In this document: positions 1 through 9,548 of the stretch, in pieces
How positions within the stretch are numbered: the first letter of the stretch is position 1
Layout: every line of letters starts with the position of its first letter
From: an uncultured Verrucomicrobiae bacterium
GTDB lineage: Bacteria > Verrucomicrobiota > Verrucomicrobiia > Chthoniobacterales > UBA10450
Length of the DNA stretch: 64,000 nt
Reading direction: 5' to 3'
Assembly (NCBI GenBank): GCA_963735805.1
Contig: CAVTMK010000002.1
Span: 608,001-672,000, forward strand
The notes under the pieces: model-generated
What the model was told of the DNA's origin: nothing
What the model saw: only the letters and a program-made list of their open reading frames with translations
Databases searched by the model: none
Position numbers and translations under genes: made by a program

Positions 1-463
1 CAACGCGAACATTGGACAAATCGTCAAGGTGCGCGTCCAGACGCATATCCTCTTCCAAGTCGTGCCTGGAGATATGGTTGCGCCGCATCTTCCCGAAGTC
101 GTATTGGCCATCGCGCACAATGATCTCGGGCCTGCCTTTCACCAAAATTCCGAATGTGTGCGAATAAAATGCCATATAAGCGAGGAAGCGGTGTAGCAAC
201 ACCAGGACCACGCCTCCACCGATCGTGGCAAAAAAAGCCGCTGAACCATTGATCGCGCGCGAAAGCACCGAGGCGAGAATTACCAGCAGGACGGCGTCGA
301 ATGGTGTTTTGTGTGAGAGGGATCGTTTATGTCCAAGCCGGACCATGGCTAGCGTGGCAAGAAAGACGATGACCCCGCGCAGGGAGATTTGGATAAACGT
401 CAAGTTTCTCGGTTCTACACCTAATCCGAGCAAAGTTTCGAAAGAGTTCCAAAATTCATTCAT
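1..463 (-). CDS. DUF421/YetF-like membrane protein (partial, runs off left edge)
   Basis: Manual translation from ATG at 463: MNEFWNSFETLLGLG...RLGHKRSLSHKTPFDAVLLVILASVLSRAING...LVKGRPEIIVRDG...MRRNHISRHDLEEDMR, typical DUF421 pattern. Confidence 0.75.
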   Translation of the reverse strand, partial: MNEFWNSFETLLGLGVEPRNLTFIQISLRGVIVFLATLAMVRLGHKRSLSHKTPFDAVLLVILASVLSRAINGSAAFFATIGGGVVLVLLHRFLAYMAFYSHTFGILVKGRPEIIVRDGQYDFGKMRRNHISRHDLEEDMRLDAHLDDLSNVRV

Positions 464-591
464 AGCTGGGATTGTATCGCCCTGAGAAGCCTGGTCGAGC
501 ACATGCCTGTTTCGGTACCGCTTGCGCAAGAAAGCATCGCGTGGCATAAAACGACCGCTTGCCGGTTCGACCGACGCGGCACGCCAAAGTT

Positions 592-1305
592 ATGCCAACA
601 GCTTCACCTCCTTCCCGCGACGTTGCGATGGAAACACGCGTCTTTTGGGAACGCTTCAAGAAAGAGATCATAGCGGTGCTCGTCGTCGCCTTACTCGCGG
701 TTATCGGGTTTACTGGATATCGCTTTTATTCCGATCGACGCACAGCGTCGGCGTCAGCTTCATTGGCGAACGCAAAGACTGTCTCGGAATATCAACAGGT
801 GATTGCCAGCTACCCGAATACCCAGGCCGCTGCTAACGCATATTTATTGCTCGCTGAAGCTCAACGAGGCGAAAAGAAATTCGCTGAGGCGAACACGACG
901 CTTCAGACTTTCATCGCCAAGTTTCCTCAACACGAGTTCGTGAGCACGGCGCGAATGGCGATGGCGGCCAATCTGGAGTCGATGGGAAAGAGCGATGAAG
1001 CGCTGGCGGGCTACCAGCAGGTCGCATCGATGTACCCGAACAGTTACATCGCACCGCTGGCTTTGCTGGCGCAGGTCTACATTTTGAAAGCAAAAAATAA
1101 ACCTGATGACGCCCGGCGGATTTGCGAAACCGTTCTGACGCAATATCGAACAAGCTTCTGGTCCGGCGAGGCCATGCAGGAATTGCGCCTGATGAAGCCA
1201 GGTAGCACGCCTGTGCCGGCCGCGAAACCGGCACCAACTGTTCCGCAGTTCCTGGCGCCTCCGGCGCCAGCACCTCAGGGCGCGCCGTCGCCAAACAAGC
1301 CGTAG
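592..1305 (+). CDS. Membrane-anchored TPR protein (YfgM/CpoB-like)
   Basis: N-terminal TM helix followed by TPR-like repeats (YQQVIASYPNT, AYLLLAEA) and a Pro-rich tail; start uncertain. Confidence 0.7.
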   Translation: MPTASPPSRDVAMETRVFWERFKKEIIAVLVVALLAVIGFTGYRFYSDRRTASASASLANAKTVSEYQQVIASYPNTQAAANAYLLLAEAQRGEKKFAEANTTLQTFIAKFPQHEFVSTARMAMAANLESMGKSDEALAGYQQVASMYPNSYIAPLALLAQVYILKAKNKPDDARRICETVLTQYRTSFWSGEAMQELRLMKPGSTPVPAAKPAPTVPQFLAPPAPAPQGAPSPNKP

Positions 1306-1428
1306 GCTATCTGCTAAAGCTGAAACGCTCCGCGGCGCGGCGCGGAAACGACATTAAGGCAAAGCCTCGATAATATGAGGCGGTTGGCGGTCCGTGACTC
1401 GGGCAACGTACAATTGCCGGAGGTCACA

Positions 1429-1824
1429 TTAACGTTTCGAGAATTGAAAACGTTTCCGCGCGCCGGGTTGTCCGGATTTTTTGCGCTCCTTCATGCGCGG
1501 ATCCCGGCGAAGTAAACCCTCAGTCTTCAGTGCGCTTCGCAAATTGCCATCGACTTGAAGAAGAGCGCGCGCAATAGCCAGTTGCGACGCGCCAGCCTGC
1601 CCCATGATTCCGCCACCGCTGGCGTTAATCGACAAATCGTAGGCATTCACCGCCTTGGCGGTTTGAAGCGGTTGCAACACAACATTCTGCAGAGGGATAG
1701 TCGGGAAATAATCCTCGAAGGTGCGACCGTTGATATCGATTTTTCCATTGCCCGGCGTCATGCGAATGCGGGCGACCGACGTCTTGCGGCGACCTGTAGC
1801 GACGAATTCCTCTGTTTCTGCCAT
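1429..1824 (-). CDS. rpsI: 30S ribosomal protein S9
   Basis: ATGRRKTSVARI, GGGIMGQAGA, C-terminal RKRFQFSKR. Confidence 0.98.
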   Translation of the reverse strand: MAETEEFVATGRRKTSVARIRMTPGNGKIDINGRTFEDYFPTIPLQNVVLQPLQTAKAVNAYDLSINASGGGIMGQAGASQLAIARALLQVDGNLRSALKTEGLLRRDPRMKERKKSGQPGARKRFQFSKR

Positions 1825-1828
1825 ACGA

Positions 1829-2266
1829 TTATTTTCCGGTGAGTTTAACAGCCTCGGGCTGTTGCGCGGCATGCGGATGAGAATCGCCGCGATAAACCTT
1901 TAGCTTCCCATAAACGTGGCGACCGAGCCGATTGTGGGGAATCATTCCGCGCACCGCACGCTCGACCAGTAGTTCGGGATGCCGCGCTCGGCGCGCCCGG
2001 GCATTTTCAGATTTGTGACCGCCGACATATCCCGAAAAACTCATGTAGCTTTTCTGCTCTTCTTTCTTTCCGGTGAGGCGCACTCGCTCCGCATTGATGA
2101 CGATCACAAAATCGCCGGTATCGACGTGGGGCGTAAAAACTGTTTTTTCTTTGCCGCGTAACAGATTGGCAGCCTTCACCGCGACTCTTCCCAGAACCTG
2201 GTCTTGCGCGTCGATGATCCACCATTTGCGTGGAACCTCGCTGGCTTTGGCAGAAAACGTTTTCAT
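1829..2266 (-). CDS. rplM: 50S ribosomal protein L13
   Basis: WWIIDA..QVLGR, FTPHVDTGDFVIVINA, AVRGMIP; adjacent to rpsI. Confidence 0.98.
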   Translation of the reverse strand: MKTFSAKASEVPRKWWIIDAQDQVLGRVAVKAANLLRGKEKTVFTPHVDTGDFVIVINAERVRLTGKKEEQKSYMSFSGYVGGHKSENARARRARHPELLVERAVRGMIPHNRLGRHVYGKLKVYRGDSHPHAAQQPEAVKLTGK

Positions 2267-2400
2267 AGGGGCGGAAAAGGCGCGAAACCTACGGAAGGCG
2301 GCGCGGAGTGTCAAATTTCCAATGCGAATAATTAGCACTGGTTAACCAAACTGGCTACTGGTCAATTGGGGCATGCCAGTTTAATTGTTCTGCTTTTGGC

Positions 2401-3936
2401 ATGGCAAATTCGATGGATACTTCTACCAAGACAGCGATTACGCCGCGGCGCGACCAGGATTTTCCTGAGTGGTATCAGCAGGTGATCCGCGCAGCGGAAC
2501 TGGCCGAGCCTTCTGACGTGCGCGGTTGCATGGTGATTCGGCCCTGGGGTTACGGGATTTGGGAAAACATGCAGCGCCAGCTCGACGCGATGTTTCGCGC
2601 CACCGGCCATCGCAACGCTTATTTCCCACTTTTCATTCCGCTGAGTTACTTCGCGAAGGAAGCGGAACACGTTGAAGGATTCGCCAAAGAATGTGCCGTC
2701 GTTACGCACACGCGACTCGAGGTGGACGCGGATGGAAAGATGAAACCAGCCAGTCCATTGACCGAACCGCTTGTGGTCAGGCCGACTTCGGAAACGATCA
2801 TCGGCGCCAGCTACGCAAGATGGGTGCAATCTTATCGCGATCTGCCTATTCTCATCAATCAATGGGCAAATGTTGTCCGCTGGGAAATGCGGCCGCGCCT
2901 GTTTTTGCGGACAACTGAATTTCTGTGGCAGGAGGGCCACACGGTTCACGAAACGGAAGCTGAAGCGCGCGCGGAAACGAAATTAATCCTCGATCTATAC
3001 GAGCGCTTCGTCCGCGACTACCTGGCAATTCCAGTGTTCACCGGCGAAAAATCCGAGAGCGAAAAATTTCCTGGCGCTGTACAGACGTTAACGATCGAGG
3101 CGATGGTGCAGGATCGAAGAGCAATTCAGGCAGGCACGTCTCATTTTCTCGGTCAAAATTTCGCCCGTGCCAGTGGCATCCAATTTCAAAATCGGGAAGG
3201 CAAACAGGAATTTGGCTGGACGACCAGCTGGGGAATGACGACGCGATTAATCGGCACGCTGATCATGATGCACGGTGATGACGACGGCATCGTTTTGCCG
3301 CCACGGATCGCGCCCACTCAAATCGTCATCGTGCCGGTGACGCCAAAAGAGGAATCGCGTCCCATGGTAATGGAGGCGTGCGATAGTATCGCCCTGCAAC
3401 TGCGGGGAAAGCGCTTTGGCGATGTTTCACTGGAAGTCGAGGTGGACGGACGCGATATCGGCGGCGGTGTGAAAAATTGGGACTGGATCAAGAAAGGCGT
3501 CCCGATCCGCGTCGAAATCGGACCACGCGACCTTGAGAAAAACGCGCTCGTTGTGAGCCGCCGCGATCAGCCGATCAAAACCAAAGAGTCCATGTCGATT
3601 CAGGAATTCGTTGCCACCGCGCCGGAAATTCTAATGTCCATTCAACAAAATCTTCTCGAGCGCGCGAAGAAGTTCCGAGAGGCAAATACGCGGGTCATCG
3701 AATCAAAGAAAGATTTCTACGATTTCTTCACACCTGGGAATGCGGCAAAACCAGAAATCCATGGCGGCTTTGCCCTCGCGCATTGGAACGGCTCACGTGA
3801 AGTGGAAGAACAAATCAAGAACGACCTCAAAGTTACCATTCGCGTCGTTCCCTTCAATGATTCGCCCGAGCTAGGGAAATGCATTTTCACCGGCGAACCC
3901 AGCGCTCGGCGCGTTGTTTGGGCGAAATCGTATTAA
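2401..3936 (+). CDS. proS: Proline--tRNA ligase (archaeal/eukaryotic-like type)
   Basis: RPTSET, QWANVVRWE, FLWQEGHT, QAGTSHFLGQNF, C-terminal AKSY. Confidence 0.96.
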   Translation: MANSMDTSTKTAITPRRDQDFPEWYQQVIRAAELAEPSDVRGCMVIRPWGYGIWENMQRQLDAMFRATGHRNAYFPLFIPLSYFAKEAEHVEGFAKECAVVTHTRLEVDADGKMKPASPLTEPLVVRPTSETIIGASYARWVQSYRDLPILINQWANVVRWEMRPRLFLRTTEFLWQEGHTVHETEAEARAETKLILDLYERFVRDYLAIPVFTGEKSESEKFPGAVQTLTIEAMVQDRRAIQAGTSHFLGQNFARASGIQFQNREGKQEFGWTTSWGMTTRLIGTLIMMHGDDDGIVLPPRIAPTQIVIVPVTPKEESRPMVMEACDSIALQLRGKRFGDVSLEVEVDGRDIGGGVKNWDWIKKGVPIRVEIGPRDLEKNALVVSRRDQPIKTKESMSIQEFVATAPEILMSIQQNLLERAKKFREANTRVIESKKDFYDFFTPGNAAKPEIHGGFALAHWNGSREVEEQIKNDLKVTIRVVPFNDSPELGKCIFTGEPSARRVVWAKSY

Positions 3937-4014
3937 AGTCCTGGGCGAATTGCGACTTATACGAAGCATCCCAGTTGACGCGGCGATCAACGTTCGTTTA
4001 TTTCGGCGCTGCCG

Positions 4015-4275
4015 ATGGAACTGACGCTCTACAGTCGCAAGTGGTGTTCGTGGTGCATCGACGCGAAGGATTACCTCAACGAGAAGGGATATCGTTTCCA
4101 GGAAGTTGACGTCGGCAAAGACCGTCAGGCATATGAGCAAATGAAGCAGCTTTCCTCGCAAACGTATGTGCCCACGTTCGTAGCGGGCGATAAGGTTCTG
4201 GCCAATTTCGATACCAACCAGCTCCAGAAATTTCTCACCGAGCACGAGATTAATCCGCAGAAAACCGCTTCCTGA
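4015..4275 (+). CDS. Glutaredoxin-like (NrdH/Grx) protein
   Basis: WCSWC CxxC motif, QTYVPT cis-Pro motif, 86 aa. Confidence 0.85.
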   Translation: MELTLYSRKWCSWCIDAKDYLNEKGYRFQEVDVGKDRQAYEQMKQLSSQTYVPTFVAGDKVLANFDTNQLQKFLTEHEINPQKTAS

Positions 4276-5090
4276 TGCTTTTCTGGATTTTACTTACACT
4301 CGGCGTGATCGTGCTCAGCGTCGGTCTGCGCACTTTTCAAAATTCATTTACGCAAAAGGCCGGCGCGCTCGGGATTCTCGTTGCCACGTTTCTTACCGTT
4401 TATTTTATCTCAGGTAGTTGGGTCTGGGGTTTTGTTGGTGCGATGAGCTGGCTCTTTCTGCCGTGGCTGGAAATTCTCACCCGCATTCGTGCGCTTCGAC
4501 TTCCCCAGGAAAAACGGCTTCGACCGAAAAGTCCGCCGCCTTCGGACACGTTCCCGGCGCTGAGCGAAATCACGCGCGAGATCGAGGAGGAAGGGTTCAT
4601 ACATGTCGATGATACGGGCTGGGATTGGGAAGATTACCGGCAATTTTTTCGATTGTTTTATAGAGAAGAGGATCGAGCCCAGGCTGCCATCTGCCTGAAC
4701 GAGCAACGCGATTTTTCGTTTTATTATTTGCGCATTTCATCACGCGCAAAAGGCGGCACGGTTTGGACAACGTGGAATTATCCGCTCTCCTATGGCCTCA
4801 AGCTCACGCCTCTGTTTCGTATTAATCGGCAGCGGCCGGATCGATCGTTCTGGCAGCTTTACCAAAGCCATCGCGAATTTCTCCGCCGAAACGGCGTGAA
4901 TCCGGCGGCAATCGACCCGCTCGACGAGCAACAAATTGAAACGGAAATGGAGAACGATCTGCGAGACCAGATCGCGCATAACATCCATAAAGGCGTTCTC
5001 AAACAGACGGCAGCAGGCGACGTAAAATACTCCTGGCGCGGAATGTTTTATCTTTGGTGTCAGTTTCTGGTCGATCTGGTGCGGCTATAG
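4275..5090 (+). CDS. Hypothetical membrane protein
   Basis: 271-aa ORF with 2-3 N-terminal TM segments; start overlaps the glutaredoxin stop (TGATG). Confidence 0.7.
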   Translation: MLFWILLTLGVIVLSVGLRTFQNSFTQKAGALGILVATFLTVYFISGSWVWGFVGAMSWLFLPWLEILTRIRALRLPQEKRLRPKSPPPSDTFPALSEITREIEEEGFIHVDDTGWDWEDYRQFFRLFYREEDRAQAAICLNEQRDFSFYYLRISSRAKGGTVWTTWNYPLSYGLKLTPLFRINRQRPDRSFWQLYQSHREFLRRNGVNPAAIDPLDEQQIETEMENDLRDQIAHNIHKGVLKQTAAGDVKYSWRGMFYLWCQFLVDLVRL

Positions 5091-5098
5091 TTGCTCTC

Positions 5099-5188
5099 TC
5101 ATCCCGAGCGGAGCCCAGCGAAGTCGAAGGATCCCGTTGGGTCACCGGCAACGCCATTACTCGGCCCCTGCTTCACTCCGCTCCCATG
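5099..5188. repeat. Degenerate REP-like palindromic element (GTCAT..GAGCGAAG family)
   Basis: TCATCCCGAGCGGAG...CGAAGTCGAAGGATCCC left arm and CTTCACTCCGCTCCCATG right arm, similar to copies at 15302, 21256, 27154 and 31151. Confidence 0.6.
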
Positions 5189-5202
5189 GTGCAATCACCA
5201 GA

Positions 5203-5216
5203 TGTTCACTTGAACT
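5203..5216. promoter_or_regulatory. LexA box upstream of lexA
   Basis: TGTTCACTTGAACT, one mismatch to the Verrucomicrobia LexA motif TGTTC-N4-GAACA, 33 bp before the lexA ATG. Confidence 0.8.
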
Positions 5217-5249
5217 TGCCTTCGCGCCGGTTCGCACGATTATGTAAAC

Positions 5250-5867
5250 ATGCTTACCGAGCGGCAGAAGAGCATTCTTGATTTCATCCAGCGCGAACAA
5301 CGGGAAAAGGGGATGACGCCGAGCACCCGCGAAATTCAAACTCATTTCCGGTTTGCGAGCCAGACGTCGGTAATGCAATACATCGCCGCACTCGAGCGAA
5401 AGGGTTTTCTCGATCGACATGCGCGCAAGGCACGGGCGCTGATCACTCCAGCAATGAAGGTGCGCATTGCCGATATTCCGATCTATGGACAGATCCCGGC
5501 TGGGATGTCTGCGTTGACAGAGCAAACCGTCGAGGGCCACGTGTCGCTGGATTCGCGCTCGGCCAATGTACAAAAAAATCGAGGCACCTTTGCTTTACGT
5601 GTCCGGGGCGATTCAATGATTGGTGCGCACATTGTGGATGGTGACATTGTGATATTGGAAGACGCCAAAGACGTCCATGACGGCGACATTGTTGCTGCAT
5701 TGATCGACGGCGAAACGACATTGAAACGTTACGTGGTCGAACGCGGACGCCCCTATCTCAAAGCCGAAAATCCGCACTATCCCGATCTAGTTCCGGCGCG
5801 CGAACTGAAGATTCAAGGCGTAATGGTGTCGCTGGTGCGAAAGCAAGAGCGCCGGAAGAAACACTAG
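5250..5867 (+). CDS. lexA: SOS transcriptional repressor LexA
   Basis: LTERQ wHTH, PSTREI, Ala-Gly cleavage site (IPAG), GDSM Ser, TLKR Lys. Confidence 0.96.
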   Translation: MLTERQKSILDFIQREQREKGMTPSTREIQTHFRFASQTSVMQYIAALERKGFLDRHARKARALITPAMKVRIADIPIYGQIPAGMSALTEQTVEGHVSLDSRSANVQKNRGTFALRVRGDSMIGAHIVDGDIVILEDAKDVHDGDIVAALIDGETTLKRYVVERGRPYLKAENPHYPDLVPARELKIQGVMVSLVRKQERRKKH

Positions 5868-5932
5868 GCTGGAGATCGGGCGGTTGCGTGAGCCTGGGTA
5901 GACCGGTTGGTGCATTAGCTGCTGGCTTATAA

Positions 5933-5946
5933 TGTTCACTTGAACA
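5933..5946. promoter_or_regulatory. LexA box upstream of imuA, overlapping a TATAAT -10-like hexamer
   Basis: Perfect TGTTCACTTGAACA; TATAAT at 5928-5933. Confidence 0.88.
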
Positions 5947-5980
5947 TATACATCTATGATGCCATTTTTCTTTGATGGCT

Positions 5981-6661
5981 ATGAGCGGGAAAATTATCGA
6001 TCTGCGCCACCTTCTTGAGATTCGTTTTCCACAGGCGCCCATGACGGTAGGAAGGCGTTTAGTCACCGGTTTAGCTTCCTTCGATCAACCTAGTGGCGGT
6101 GGTTTGCCCAAAGGGGCAATCACTGAATTAATCAGTCCCCGGGGAAGCGCGGGAAGCGCATCACTCGTTCACGCCCTCATCCATGGCGCATATCACGATC
6201 GGTATTTTGTGGCGCTGATTGATGGGCGCGATTCGTTCGATTCCTGCGCCCTGGCAAATTCCATTCTCAGTCAGTTGCTTTGGGTGCGTTGCACTAATGC
6301 TTTGGAAGCAGTCAAAGCAGCGGATCTGCTCTTGCGAGACGGCAACTTTCCGCTGGTGATTGTCGATCTGATTCTCAATTCAGTGGAAGAATTGCGCAAA
6401 ATTCCGCAAACAACCTGGTATCGCTTGCAACGGCTGGTCGAATCGGTGCCCAATGCGTGTCTGGTCCTTACCCGGTATGATATGGTCAGCAGCGCACAAC
6501 TAAAACTTGTTCTCGAAAATTCCTGGAATCTGGAAAGCTCGGAAAAGAATGAAGCGATTTCTCAACTACGAATTGTTGTAAAACGATCGCATCTCAAATC
6601 AATGATCGCGCCTTTGGTGGCCGCAGCGACCTGCAGCGCGGCAGGCAGTGCTCAGTCGTGA
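5981..6661 (+). CDS. imuA: ImuA (RecA-like mutasome accessory protein)
   Basis: TGLASFD..GGGLPKGAITEL, degenerate Walker A, ALIDG, LLWVRC, ADLLLRDGNFPLVIVD; follows lexA. Confidence 0.85.
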   Translation: MSGKIIDLRHLLEIRFPQAPMTVGRRLVTGLASFDQPSGGGLPKGAITELISPRGSAGSASLVHALIHGAYHDRYFVALIDGRDSFDSCALANSILSQLLWVRCTNALEAVKAADLLLRDGNFPLVIVDLILNSVEELRKIPQTTWYRLQRLVESVPNACLVLTRYDMVSSAQLKLVLENSWNLESSEKNEAISQLRIVVKRSHLKSMIAPLVAAATCSAAGSAQS

Positions 6662-6670
6662 ATTAAATCG

Positions 6671-7204
6671 ATGTTTGCGACCATTTATTTGCCGAACTTT
6701 TATTTGCAGGCCGCTCTGCGGCATCAGCCCGGGCTTTGCGAGAAACTAGTCGCTTTAATTGAGGAGCAGGAAAAGAAACCTGTAATCATTCAATTGAATG
6801 AGGCCGCAGAAAAGGCGGGGATCTGCAAGGGAATGACTCCAAGTCAGGCTTTGGCGCGATCTTTACAGGTTGTGATTAAAGTGCGGGCGCGAACGCAGGA
6901 AAAATCGATCCAGGAAATCTTGCTTCACCACGCGTTTACCCTCAGTCCATTTGTTGAGGCAACCGCACCGGGCATCTGCACAGTTCAATTTACAGACCAC
7001 CGCCATTTACTGGGAAAAGTTAAGCGTGTTATCCAGCAATTAGAGAAATGCGAAATCCGGGCTCAAGCGGGGATTACTGCTACGCCAGATACCAGTTTTC
7101 TCGCCGCACATCTGGCGCGTCCGGTTCTGCACATTGAAGACGTAAAAGAATTTCTTGCCGCCTTGCCCATAGAAACTCTCGGAACATTTTCCCCGGTTTT
7201 TTGA
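6671..7204 (+). CDS. imuB: ImuB N-terminal half (inactive Y-family polymerase palm/fingers only)
   Basis: FATIYLPNFYLQA, NEAAEKAGICKGMTPSQALA, FTLSPFVE, AGITATPDTSFLAA, LAALPIETL then stop; only 177 aa. Confidence 0.8.
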   Translation: MFATIYLPNFYLQAALRHQPGLCEKLVALIEEQEKKPVIIQLNEAAEKAGICKGMTPSQALARSLQVVIKVRARTQEKSIQEILLHHAFTLSPFVEATAPGICTVQFTDHRHLLGKVKRVIQQLEKCEIRAQAGITATPDTSFLAAHLARPVLHIEDVKEFLAALPIETLGTFSPVF

Positions 7205-7250
7205 TAGAGACGTTGCTGGCGCAATCTTCCGCCGTCCCCAAAGCCGCCGA

Positions 7251-7433
7251 TCAACGGTTCTTCCTCGGTTTTCCGATCGCTTCGGTTTGTTTTACAACGA
7301 ACGATTTCACCCGGGCATACTCTTTCTGAACGCCATTGGCGAAATCGTGTGGCCCGTGCTCAAACAGCACCACGAAACAAAAAGTTAGAACGATGAACAG
7401 AACAAACCAAAAAAGACCGCGCAGGAGCGCCAT
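7251..7433 (-). CDS. Small hypothetical membrane protein
   Basis: 60 aa with one hydrophobic helix and a basic tail; fills the intergenic gap. Confidence 0.6.
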   Translation of the reverse strand: MALLRGLFWFVLFIVLTFCFVVLFEHGPHDFANGVQKEYARVKSFVVKQTEAIGKPRKNR

Positions 7434-7529
7434 TCAAACAGGCTAACGCGCGCGGCCCGGGCGATCAATACCGGCGCAACGAACGACAACGTCTTGAATG
7501 GAATGGCGAAACTGCCAAGCTATTTGGCC

Positions 7530-8717
7530 ATGCGCGTTCCGTTGCTCGATCTTAGCGAACAATATTCCGCCCTGGGCGATATAATTCGCGAGGCAATCAG
7601 TGATGTTCTGGCAAGCGGCCGCTTCATCCTTGGCCCGAAAACGGAGGAGTTCGAGAGGGCGATGTGCGACTATTGTAATACGCCGCACGCCGTCGGTGTT
7701 TCATCGGGAACTGACGCTTTGCTGGCCATCTTAATGGCGCTGGGAATCGAGCGGGGCGATGCCGTTATCACGACGCCCTACACATTTTTTGCGACTGCTG
7801 GGTGCCTTGCGCGTGTTGGTGCAAGGCCGCTTTTCGCCGATATAGATCCTGAGACATACAACATTCGTCCATCTGCGATTCAGGAGTGCATCGAAAAAAG
7901 CTGTCGGATGAACTCAGATGGCAAATGGACAACCAAAAATGGCGAGAAAGTCCGCGCCATCATTCCGGTCCACTTGTTTGGGCTATGCTGCGAGATGGAG
8001 GCCCTCCATGAAATCTCAGAACACTATCGGCTTGATGTGATTGAGGACGCGGCGCAGGCGATTGGAGCCGAATTCAACCTCCGCGGCAGGATTGCCAGGG
8101 CCGGAGCGATGGGCGATGTGGGCTTTTTCAGTTTTTATCCTTCGAAAAATCTCGGAGCTGCCGGGGATGCTGGGATGGTCGTTTGCCGGGACGAGAAATT
8201 GGCCAAAAAGCTGCGCATTTTCAGGGAGCACGGAATGGAACCGCGCTATTTCCATCATGTCATTGGAGGCAATTTTCGCCTCGACGAAATACAGGCGGCA
8301 ATTCTTGCCGTTAAGCTTCCATGGCTGGAGAAATGGGCAGCCGCGCGGCGTACTGCGGCGGATTTTTATGGCTCGGAACTGGAGCGCACAGGATTGACAG
8401 AAAAAATCGGGACGCCCTCCGAGCCCTATCGCCAACGCGGCCTAACGAATCATCATGTTTATCATCAATACGTCATCCGCACGCCGACGCGCGATGCCCT
8501 GCGCGAACACCTGGGCAAACGGGGAATCGATACGGCCATTTACTATCCACTCGGGCTACATGAGCAGAAATGTTTTGCTTATCTCGGCTACAAAAAAGGT
8601 GATTTTCCGGAGACCGAACGCGCGACTGGCGAGACACTCGCGCTGCCGATTTATCCCGAGATTTCGCGCGAGGCGCAGCGATACGTGGTAAGCGCTATTG
8701 CCGAATTCTTCAGCTGA
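7530..8717 (+). CDS. DegT/DnrJ/EryC1/StrS family PLP aminotransferase
   Basis: SSGTDAL, PVHLFG, IEDAAQAIG, SFYPSKNLG (PLP Lys), NFRLDEIQAA. Confidence 0.93.
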   Translation: MRVPLLDLSEQYSALGDIIREAISDVLASGRFILGPKTEEFERAMCDYCNTPHAVGVSSGTDALLAILMALGIERGDAVITTPYTFFATAGCLARVGARPLFADIDPETYNIRPSAIQECIEKSCRMNSDGKWTTKNGEKVRAIIPVHLFGLCCEMEALHEISEHYRLDVIEDAAQAIGAEFNLRGRIARAGAMGDVGFFSFYPSKNLGAAGDAGMVVCRDEKLAKKLRIFREHGMEPRYFHHVIGGNFRLDEIQAAILAVKLPWLEKWAAARRTAADFYGSELERTGLTEKIGTPSEPYRQRGLTNHHVYHQYVIRTPTRDALREHLGKRGIDTAIYYPLGLHEQKCFAYLGYKKGDFPETERATGETLALPIYPEISREAQRYVVSAIAEFFS

Positions 8718-8796
8718 AGCTGCAATCGGAGGCCAAACCACTTGCGAGCCGCAGAGCGCGAGCTATATCAACGCGGAAAGCTTTCGTGGGACAAAC

Positions 8797-8880
8797 GGGT
8801 AGGTACCGAAGTGGCCAAACGGGGCAGACTGTAAATCTGCTGGCTTTACGCCTTCGCTGGTTCGAATCCAGCCCTGCCCA
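8797..8880 (+). tRNA. tRNA-Tyr(GTA), CCA not encoded
   Basis: GGGTAGG/CCTGCCC acceptor stem, GCAGA-CTGTAAA-TCTGC anticodon arm, long variable arm, GGTTCGAATCC T-arm. Confidence 0.96.
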
Positions 8881-8907
8881 AATTTTCGTCAAGACGCCTT
8901 GATGGGT

Positions 8908-8981
8908 TGTAGCCGCCTCGATGCGTCGAGGCGCTCTCGGGCGGTCAACAACGGGCCCGGCGACACAGCGCCGTGGCTACA
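8908..8981. repeat. GTAG-family REP-like palindrome between convergent tRNA-Tyr and RRM gene
   Basis: TGTAGCC...GGCTACA termini with internal hairpin GCCTCGA-TGCG-TCGAGGC. Confidence 0.7.
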
Positions 8982-9008
8982 AAACGACTTGGAAGTGCGT
9001 GCGAATTC

Positions 9009-9365
9009 TTAGTACCCTCTGCGCTGGCCACCTTCGCGGCGTCCACCGTAACCACCGCCACCGCCACCACCGCCGCCACCGCCGTAGCCACGTCCACCGC
9101 CGCCGGGGGGTCGCGGTTCCCGCGGACGAGCCTCATTCACCGTCAATGCCCGGCCTTCAACCGTTTGTCCGTTGAGTTTCGAGATGGCGTTTTGAGCGTC
9201 CTCTTCGGAACTCATCGTGACAAAAGCAAAGCCGCGCGATTTGCCGGTGAATTTGTCTTGCATCAGGCTAACTTCCTGCACAGTGCCTGCCTGTGCGAAA
9301 AGTTCCTGCAGTTCGTTTTCCGTCGTATTGAAGGAAAGATTGCCTACGTATAGTTTAGTTCCCAT
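9009..9365 (-). CDS. RRM RNA-binding protein with Gly-rich tail
   Basis: KLYVGNL (RNP2), RGFAFVTM (RNP1), VNEARPR, GGG-rich C-terminus. Confidence 0.95.
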   Translation of the reverse strand: MGTKLYVGNLSFNTTENELQELFAQAGTVQEVSLMQDKFTGKSRGFAFVTMSSEEDAQNAISKLNGQTVEGRALTVNEARPREPRPPGGGGRGYGGGGGGGGGGGYGGRREGGQRRGY

Positions 9366-9548
9366 TGAGTTTATTCTGGAAAAGGCCGCCAGGTCACTGT
9401 TCCCGCTTATCGGATTTCAAATCGCCACTGAATAAACTCAACTGACAATCCACCAAGTTCCAGGCTTCCGTTTCCGGTTCGGTTCATTTGTAAAATGCTT
9501 CTACAAGGAAAGCAATAGAAAATAGCGTAACAATTTTTGCCCTTCTAC

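Noticed and set aside
7150..7260. Frameshift or readthrough continuing ImuB past 7204
   Set aside because: Tandem stops (TGATAG) are followed within 50 bp by a convergent small gene, and the missing domains are found at 27308 instead.
9040..9110. CCGCCA repeat tract
   Set aside because: Encodes the Gly-rich tail of the RRM protein.
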